From Candidatus Pelagibacter sp. HTCC7211 (lineage in GTDB: Bacteria; Pseudomonadota; Alphaproteobacteria; Pelagibacterales; Pelagibacteraceae), in assembly GCF_000155895.1 (NCBI RefSeq), contig NZ_DS995298.1, positions 1,170,001-1,202,000 on the forward strand: a stretch of 32,000 bases of DNA, given 5' to 3'. Of the stretch, positions 26,071 through 32,000 are shown one piece after another. Within the stretch, counting starts at the first letter, position 1. The number at the start of each line of letters is the position of its first letter. The notes under the pieces are model-generated. The model was given only the letters and a program-made list of their open reading frames with translations, searched no databases and was not told the origin of the DNA. Both the position numbers and the translations under genes were made by a program.

Positions 26071-26853
26071 TTAAGCTATCAAATCTAACCAATTTTTTAA
26101 CTCCCTCATTCTAGACTCTTTTTTGGTAATTTTATCCTCATTTTCAATCATTGTTATATGAGACTCTAAATCTTTTTCATCTAAAAATGACTTGTTTTCA
26201 AGAAGTCTTTTTCTTCTAAATTTTATTAAGGTAATCATTTTTTCGTAAGTGATTTCAGGGTGATATTGTATACCCCAAATTTTACTAAACTCTGTCTCAA
26301 AATTTAAAGCCATTACATTATTCACTTTATTCGATGATAGTAAAATTGCATTCTTTGGTAATGTCACCACTTCATCATAATTAAAAGCTGGAGTATTAAA
26401 AATTTTATCTTTATCTTTGTATATTGGGTGATTTAATCCATCTTGATTAATCACTATACCATGAGCTATTCCTCTATGAGCTCCGTTTTTACCTCTATTA
26501 ACAACTCCACCTGCAGCTGTCACAGCAACTTGCATTCCCCAACAAATTGCAAGAATATTTTTAATTCTTTTTTGACATTCTTTCATAAATTCAATTTGTT
26601 TTCTAATCTCTTTAGTATCACTGTAAATATTAAGGCTACTACCACCCCAAATTAGACCTTCATACTTATTTAAGTCTTTAACTTTATCAAAAATATCTTT
26701 ATCTGAAGATGGATTTACCGAGTCAATTTCAAGATTATTTGTATAATAGCTTATGCTTTCTTTAAGACTCTCGGTATGGGTTTTAATTCCATTTTCAGTA
26801 AATTCTTGATTTGCTTCTTTTAAATTGCCTTCAACAAGTAAAATTTTTTTCAT
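26071..26853 (-). CDS. Stand-alone class I glutamine amidotransferase-like protein (C26/GATase1)
   Basis: Nucleophile elbow AICWGMQ and the His-Glu pair in IQYHPE. 260 aa. Its start overlaps the upstream Fe-ADH stop by 1 nt. Confidence 0.75.
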   Translation of the reverse strand: MKKILLVEGNLKEANQEFTENGIKTHTESLKESISYYTNNLEIDSVNPSSDKDIFDKVKDLNKYEGLIWGGSSLNIYSDTKEIRKQIEFMKECQKRIKNILAICWGMQVAVTAAGGVVNRGKNGAHRGIAHGIVINQDGLNHPIYKDKDKIFNTPAFNYDEVVTLPKNAILLSSNKVNNVMALNFETEFSKIWGIQYHPEITYEKMITLIKFRRKRLLENKSFLDEKDLESHITMIENEDKITKKESRMRELKNWLDLIA

Positions 26854-28010
26854 TAAAATAATTCTCCAGTAATACTGTGTTGATATAAAGTTTTCATGTC
26901 AGCTACAGTTAATTTCTTTGGATTGCTATATGTTGAAGGGTCATCACATGCCATTTTTGACAATTTATCTAAATCAATTTTTTCTTTTTCAACTATTTCT
27001 GAAAGTGTATGAGGAATGTTAAATTCTTTTCTAAGATCCAAAATCCATTGAAGAAATTTATCAAAAGATTTTTCTAAACCTAAATAATCACACGCAGATA
27101 CAATTTTTTCAGAAATTTCTGTTCTATTAAAAGTTAAAACATATGGCATAAATATAGCATTTGATAAACCATGATGAACATTAAATTGTGCATTTACAGG
27201 ATGACTTAAAGAATGAATTGCGCCCAACCCTTTTTGAAAAGCTGTAGAACCCATACTGGCTGCTGTTAACATTTCTAATCTAGCATTAATATTTTTTCCA
27301 TTCTTAACAGCTTCTATTAAAGAATTTTTTACTAATCTCATGCCCTCTAAAGCAATTCCGTCTGCCATAGGATGAAACCCGGGTGCACAAAATGCTTCTA
27401 AGTTATGAGCTAAAGCATCCATTCCCGTTGCAGCAGTAATTCTTGGTGGGAGATCTAAAGTCAATATTGGATCAAGTATCACTATTGCGGGCATAAACTT
27501 AGGGTGAAATATTATTTTTTTAACGCCGGTTTCCTCATTAATTATTGCTGAAGCTCTTCCGGTTTCTGATCCTGTTCCAGCAGTTGTAGGTATTGCTATA
27601 ATTGAAGAAATCTTACTTTCTTCTGCTCTTTTCCAATAGTCTCCAACATCCTCAAAATCCCATATAGGCCTTTTTTGTCCACACATAAATGCAATAGCTT
27701 TGCCAACATCTAAGGCACTTCCTCCACCAAAAGCTATAACACCGTCACAAGAATTATTATTATAAATCTTTACTCCCTCAGTAATATTTTTGCCTGTTGG
27801 ATTTCCTGTAAAATCAGAAAAAATATCTAATTTACTAAAACTATTTTTAAGATTTGTAATAATTTCTACAGTCATGGGTAAAGACACGAGATCTTTATCA
27901 GTTACAAATAATGGATTTAAAATATTAAGTTCTTTACAAGCCAAAGATAAATCATCAATTCTATTTTCCCCTATCCACACTGTAGTGGGATAATTCCAGT
28001 TGACACTCAT
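26853..28010 (-). CDS. Iron-containing (group III) alcohol dehydrogenase
   Basis: GGGSALDVGKA NAD-binding motif. His-rich metal motif AIHSLSHPVNAQFNVHHG. 385 aa. Confidence 0.85.
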   Translation of the reverse strand: MSVNWNYPTTVWIGENRIDDLSLACKELNILNPLFVTDKDLVSLPMTVEIITNLKNSFSKLDIFSDFTGNPTGKNITEGVKIYNNNSCDGVIAFGGGSALDVGKAIAFMCGQKRPIWDFEDVGDYWKRAEESKISSIIAIPTTAGTGSETGRASAIINEETGVKKIIFHPKFMPAIVILDPILTLDLPPRITAATGMDALAHNLEAFCAPGFHPMADGIALEGMRLVKNSLIEAVKNGKNINARLEMLTAASMGSTAFQKGLGAIHSLSHPVNAQFNVHHGLSNAIFMPYVLTFNRTEISEKIVSACDYLGLEKSFDKFLQWILDLRKEFNIPHTLSEIVEKEKIDLDKLSKMACDDPSTYSNPKKLTVADMKTLYQHSITGELF

Positions 28011-28087
28011 AACAAAATATAATTTTATTTTTTTAAAAATTATTAGTAAGATATATTTATAAATTTATTAATGATAGGAAAAATTCT

Positions 28088-29422
28088 ATGTCAAAAGTAG
28101 CAATCATCGGCGCTGGTCCATGTGGACTTTCAATTTTAAGAGCATTTGAACATTTAGAAAAAAAAGGAGAAAAAATTCCTGAAATAGTTTGCTTTGAAAA
28201 ACAAGAAAGTTGGGGTGGTTTGTGGAATTACAACTGGAGAACTGGTTCAGATCAATATGGAGATCCTGTTCCTAACAGTATGTATAGATACTTGTGGTCT
28301 AATGGACCTAAAGAATGTTTAGAGTTTGCTGATTATTCTTTTGACCAACATTTTGGGAAGTCGATTCCATCCTTTCCTCCAAGAGAGGTCCTTCAAGATT
28401 ATATTTTAGGAAGAGTCAGTAAAGGAAATATAAAAAATAAGATTAAATTTAATACCAGAGTAATAAATACTGTTTATAGAAATGATAAGTTTGAAATTAA
28501 CTACCAAGATAAAGTTAATGATAAAACTTTAAGTGATACATTTGATTATTTGGTAGTTTCTACGGGCCATTTTTCTGTACCTTTTATTCCTGAATATGAG
28601 GGGATGAGTTCTTTTCCAGGAAGAATAATGCATTCCCATGATTTTAGAGATGCAGAAGAGTTCAGAGGAAAAAATGTTATTGTTTTAGGAAGTAGTTATT
28701 CAGCTGAAGACGTCGCTCTACAATGCAATAAATATGGAGCGAAAAGTGTAACAATTGGTTACAGACATAATCCAATGGGTTTTAAGTGGCCAAAAGGCAT
28801 GAAAGAAGTTCATTATTTAGACAAGTTGGATGGGAAAAAAGCCATATTTAAAGATGGAACAGAGCAAGATGCTGATGTAGTTATTTTATGCACTGGATAT
28901 CTGCATCATTTCCCATTTTTAGATGAAAGCTTAAAATTAAAAACACACAACAGATTGTATCCACCAAAACTTTATAAAGGTGTTGTGTGGCAAGATAATC
29001 ATAAACTTTTATACTTAGGTATGCAGGATCAATTTCACACATTTAATATGTTTGATTGTCAAGCATGGTTCGCAAGAGATGTAATTATGGATAAAATTAA
29101 AATGCCTAGTGATGATGAAATAGATAAAGATATTAATAAATGGGTTTCAATGGAAGAAAAATTAGAAAACCCAGATCAAATGATTGATTTTCAAACAGAA
29201 TATACCAAAGAACTTCATAATATATCTGATTATCCTAAAATTGATTTTGAATTAATCAGAAAACATTTTAAAGAATGGGAACATCATAAGGTAGAAGATA
29301 TTCTAACTTATAGAAATAAATCGTTTTCATCTCCTGTAACTGGATCAGTTGCGCCAGTACATCATACACCTTGGGAGAAAGCGATGGATGACTCAATGAA
29401 AACGTTTTTAAATAAAAGATGA
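28088..29422 (+). CDS. tmm: Flavin-containing monooxygenase; trimethylamine monooxygenase type
   Basis: IIGAGPCG FAD motif. FPGRIMHSHDF fits the FMO-identifying FxGxxxHxxxF motif exactly. GSSYSAED NADPH motif. The 444-aa length is typical of bacterial Tmm. Confidence 0.85.
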   Translation: MSKVAIIGAGPCGLSILRAFEHLEKKGEKIPEIVCFEKQESWGGLWNYNWRTGSDQYGDPVPNSMYRYLWSNGPKECLEFADYSFDQHFGKSIPSFPPREVLQDYILGRVSKGNIKNKIKFNTRVINTVYRNDKFEINYQDKVNDKTLSDTFDYLVVSTGHFSVPFIPEYEGMSSFPGRIMHSHDFRDAEEFRGKNVIVLGSSYSAEDVALQCNKYGAKSVTIGYRHNPMGFKWPKGMKEVHYLDKLDGKKAIFKDGTEQDADVVILCTGYLHHFPFLDESLKLKTHNRLYPPKLYKGVVWQDNHKLLYLGMQDQFHTFNMFDCQAWFARDVIMDKIKMPSDDEIDKDINKWVSMEEKLENPDQMIDFQTEYTKELHNISDYPKIDFELIRKHFKEWEHHKVEDILTYRNKSFSSPVTGSVAPVHHTPWEKAMDDSMKTFLNKR

Positions 29423-29424
29423 TT

Positions 29425-30453
29425 TTACCAGTGAATTTCTAGTTTCTGGTTACTGCAGATACATTTGATTACACTAAAAAGAAGAGGAAATTCCTTTTCA
29501 TTAAATTCTTTTAAAACTTTTGGTCCTATTTCGAGAGCTAAATCAGCACCTTCTACGGTAATATCTTTCATAAATTTATCTTTAGCTTCTTTAAATAAAT
29601 GACCTTGCCCTAAATAGTATCCCATTTTACTATTTCTGCCTCCAGCTGAACTAACATATAAATCTCCTAAACCAGCTAAACCATAAGCCGACTCTTCTTT
29701 ACCATTTAATTTTCTGGTTAAAGATTTCATCTCAGCAACTGCTTTATAGGCTAAAGATGCAGCTGTATTCAGAAAATATTTTTTCTTTAATTCGTTATCG
29801 AGCGATTTACTGCTTAAGCCTTCTGAAGCACCTATTAACATAGAGTATATATTTTTTGTTGCTGCACACACTTCCACTCCTACTAAATCATCTGAAAACT
29901 CTGTGGAATAATAATCTGTTGAAATTATTGATCCTATATTTTTTACAACGTTGATATTTTCATTTGCTAATACAACGCTGCTATTTATTCTATTTGCTAA
30001 CCCGTTGGCTAAACAGGGTCCCGCTACAGCAGAAATTTTAGCATCAGCAATTCCTTTTTCTTTTAAAATGTTATCTAGTTTTTCTGCTAAAGTTTCAAAT
30101 TTATTTTCAATTAAAGCTAAGCCTTTTGTTAATAGGAGAATATCAACTGATGGTTTATAAAATTTAGAGATTTCATTCCCTATCCATTCAATTCCTTTTG
30201 AGCTAACTCCAACAACCAAGAGATCAATATTATTTTTAATTTCATCATTAAATTCTGAAAATTTTAAAACATTTATATTTTTTGGTAACTGACTTTTTAA
30301 AATAGGATGAAAATTGTTTAAATTTTTAATTTCATCAATAACTTTATCTTCAAGAAATGAACCTACTAAAAAGACTTCATTTGAATTATCTGCACATGGA
30401 ACAGAAAAAGCAGATCCCATTGCACCAGCACCAATAATTACAACTTTTTTCAT
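29425..30453 (-). CDS. NAD(P)H-dependent glycerol-3-phosphate dehydrogenase family protein (GpsA-like)
   Basis: IIGAGAMGSA Rossmann start, ATKNIY, and GLAGLGDLYVSSAGGRNSKMGYYLGQG matching the GpsA C-terminal signature. GPCLA replaces the usual GPSxA. Confidence 0.75.
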   Translation of the reverse strand: MKKVVIIGAGAMGSAFSVPCADNSNEVFLVGSFLEDKVIDEIKNLNNFHPILKSQLPKNINVLKFSEFNDEIKNNIDLLVVGVSSKGIEWIGNEISKFYKPSVDILLLTKGLALIENKFETLAEKLDNILKEKGIADAKISAVAGPCLANGLANRINSSVVLANENINVVKNIGSIISTDYYSTEFSDDLVGVEVCAATKNIYSMLIGASEGLSSKSLDNELKKKYFLNTAASLAYKAVAEMKSLTRKLNGKEESAYGLAGLGDLYVSSAGGRNSKMGYYLGQGHLFKEAKDKFMKDITVEGADLALEIGPKVLKEFNEKEFPLLFSVIKCICSNQKLEIHW

Positions 30454-30456
30454 AAA

Positions 30457-30813
30457 TTATACGTATCTAAAGACAAATATTGCAAAAATAGTAGATAAAA
30501 ATGTAGCAATCCAAAGATTCAAATCTGTGAGACCAAGCCAAGCTAAATGGATAAATGCTGCACTTAACAACGATACAAAAAGTCTATCTCCTCTAGTAGT
30601 GTTCAGAGTAAGTATTCCTTTTCTAGGGTTGCCGCCCGGATCCTTTTTTTCCCAGAAATACATAGTTGTGATGCAAAGAGCTATAAAAATAAAAAAACTT
30701 GCTGTAGGCCAAGTCCACGCCATCCATGTTATAAAATCAAAATCAAAAAGACCTTTTTCTTTTGGTTGTCCAACCGTAGACCAGCTAGATGCATGTAGTT
30801 TTGTAAAAATCAT
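30457..30813 (-). CDS. DUF2160-type small integral membrane protein (GlpU-like accessory of glycerol-type ABC transporters)
   Basis: 118 aa with three to four hydrophobic segments. It sits immediately after two ABC permease genes, as in the alphaproteobacterial glpPQUV arrangement. Overlaps the upstream permease gene by ATGA. Confidence 0.6.
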   Translation of the reverse strand: MIFTKLHASSWSTVGQPKEKGLFDFDFITWMAWTWPTASFFIFIALCITTMYFWEKKDPGGNPRKGILTLNTTRGDRLFVSLLSAAFIHLAWLGLTDLNLWIATFLSTIFAIFVFRYV

Positions 30814-31610
30814 ACTCTCCCCATTGCAAATCCCTTGGCAATGTAATTTCTTACAAAGTAAATTACTACTGCACCAGGTAAAATAGTTAAGCTTCCAGCT
30901 GCTGCTAATAAACCAAGTTCATAACCTGATGTACTTGAGGTTCTTGTCATTATAGCTGCGATTGGTTTAGCAATTGTAGCAGTAAGAGTTTTTGCTAACA
31001 ATAATTCAACCCATGAAAACATAAAACAGAAAAACATAGTGATACCTATTCCAGCAGCTATTGTTGGAATAAAAATCTTAAAGAAAAATTTAGGAAAAGA
31101 ATAACCATCAACATATGCAGTTTCATCTAATTCTTTAGGAACAGCAGACATAAATCCTTCTAATATCCAAACAGCAAGAGGGATATTAAAAAGACAATGA
31201 GATAGAGCAATGGCTATATGAGTATCAAATAAATTTACTGATGAATAAAATTGAAAGAAAGGTAAAGCAAAAACAGCTGGTGGAGCCATTCTGTTTGTTA
31301 AAAGCCAGAAAAATAAATGTTTATCACCTAAGAATTTATATCTTGAAAAAGCATAAGCAGCAGGAAGCGCTGCAGATACAGAGATTATGGTATTAAATAC
31401 TGTATACATAATTGAATTTACATAGCCCATGTACCAAGTGCTATCTGTAAATATCGTTTTATAATTATCTAATGTGAAATCTTGTGGCCACAATGAATAA
31501 ACATTTATAATTTCAGTAGTTGATTTAAATGACATGTTTAGTAACCAATAAATAGGTAACATTAAAAAAATTATGTAGAATGTTGGTACCACCCATTTTA
31601 TTTTTTTCAT
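30810..31610 (-). CDS. Carbohydrate/polyol ABC transporter permease (MalG/UgpE-like)
   Basis: Six predicted TM segments and an EAA-loop-like ELDETAYVDGYS. 266 aa. Confidence 0.85.
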   Translation of the reverse strand: MKKIKWVVPTFYIIFLMLPIYWLLNMSFKSTTEIINVYSLWPQDFTLDNYKTIFTDSTWYMGYVNSIMYTVFNTIISVSAALPAAYAFSRYKFLGDKHLFFWLLTNRMAPPAVFALPFFQFYSSVNLFDTHIAIALSHCLFNIPLAVWILEGFMSAVPKELDETAYVDGYSFPKFFFKIFIPTIAAGIGITMFFCFMFSWVELLLAKTLTATIAKPIAAIMTRTSSTSGYELGLLAAAGSLTILPGAVVIYFVRNYIAKGFAMGRV

Positions 31611-32000
31611 GTTCTTCCCTCATTTTTCATCATTAAGCTATAAAAAACCCAACATATTAAAAGTACAATTAAAAAATAAATAAGTGACATAGCAGCTGCA
31701 GGTCCAAGATCAAATTGACCTAAGGCCATTTTTACTAAATCTAATGATAAAAAATTTGTTGCATTGCCAGGGCCACCTCCTGTTAAAACAAAAGGTTCAG
31801 TGTAAATCATAAAGCTATCCATAAACCTTAAAAGTATAGCTAAAGTTAAAACTTTTTTCATTTTTGGCAGTTCGATATATCTAAAAATATCCCATCTACT
31901 AGCACCATCTATTTCTGCAGCCTGATAGTAAGCTGGCTGAATTGAGTTTAAACCTGCATAAGACAAAAGAACAACTAAAGAGGTCCAATGCCAAACATCC
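31607..32000 (-). CDS. Carbohydrate/polyol ABC transporter permease (MalF/UgpA-like), partial: C-terminal part only
   Basis: EAA loop AAEIDGASRWDIFRYIELP. The track ORF begins at a TTG, but the frame stays open to the window edge (my translation upstream: ...DVWHWTSLVVLLSYAGLN). The gene therefore continues beyond 32000. Confidence 0.85.
   Translation of the reverse strand, partial: DVWHWTSLVVLLSYAGLNSIQPAYYQAAEIDGASRWDIFRYIELPKMKKVLTLAILLRFMDSFMIYTEPFVLTGGGPGNATNFLSLDLVKMALGQFDLGPAAAMSLIYFLIVLLICWVFYSLMMKNEGRT

Noticed and set aside
26443-27993. Plus-strand ORFs 26443-26655 and 27790-27993.
   Set aside because: Antisense to the GATase1 and Fe-ADH genes.
29951-30886. Plus-strand ORFs 29951-30160 and the notably long 190-aa ORF 30314-30886.
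   Set aside because: The 190-aa frame runs antisense across three separate minus-strand genes (GpsA-like, DUF2160, permease), each with its own family signature. Its product has no motifs or coherent hydrophobicity pattern. A long open antisense frame is most simply a by-product of codon bias, though the length is unusual for such AT-rich DNA.
1-32000. Mobile elements, prophage or defence islands, CRISPR arrays, tRNA/rRNA genes, large repeats.
   Set aside because: I found no integrase, transposase, repeat-spacer periodicity, or GC-rich structured RNA-like segments. Composition looks uniform throughout. A by-eye scan can miss short dispersed repeats.

Overview
The window is very AT-rich (about 30% GC by eye) and extremely gene-dense. 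Genes often abut or overlap by 1-8 nt, and convergent genes end 2-13 nt apart or overlap. I saw no rRNA, tRNA, CRISPR array, transposase or integrase. Composition, compaction and gene content suggest a streamlined marine alphaproteobacterium of the SAR11/Pelagibacter type; this is inference, not a database hit.

The main theme is harvesting methyl groups and oxidising them through tetrahydrofolate (THF):
- An eight-gene minus-strand array (1-7709): Rieske oxygenase, betaine-homocysteine methyltransferase, dimethylglycine dehydrogenase, a minimal SET-domain protein, an M24 hydrolase, an APS-kinase-like kinase, a NadM-like nucleotidyltransferase and a partial 2OG oxygenase.
- A diverging MetF-like plus LigM/DesA/DmdA-like GcvT-family demethylase pair (7961-10055).
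- soxBDAG-type four-subunit sarcosine oxidase (19147-24253), formate-THF ligase (24381-26066) and trimethylamine monooxygenase Tmm (28088-29422).

Other content: purEK, a GNAT, a cold-shock protein, a cupin/racemase/unknown/EamA cluster, a GATase1 plus Fe-ADH pair, and the end of a glycerol-type ABC transporter operon with DUF2160 and a GpsA-like dehydrogenase.

The best candidate for an undescribed system is the translationally coupled four-gene operon at 10741-14141. It encodes an M19 'dipeptidase'-fold protein that by eye has lost three of five canonical zinc ligands, a 555-aa and a 202-aa protein I cannot assign, and a 55-aa CxxC...CxxC mini-protein.

Secondary candidates:
- the 2OG-oxygenase / nucleotidyltransferase / kinase trio at 1-1422
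- the SET-domain gene inside the betaine operon
- the unassigned THF-dependent demethylase pair
- the roughly 250-nt non-coding region at 7710-7960, unusually long for this window

All functional calls come from motifs read by eye; no searches were run.
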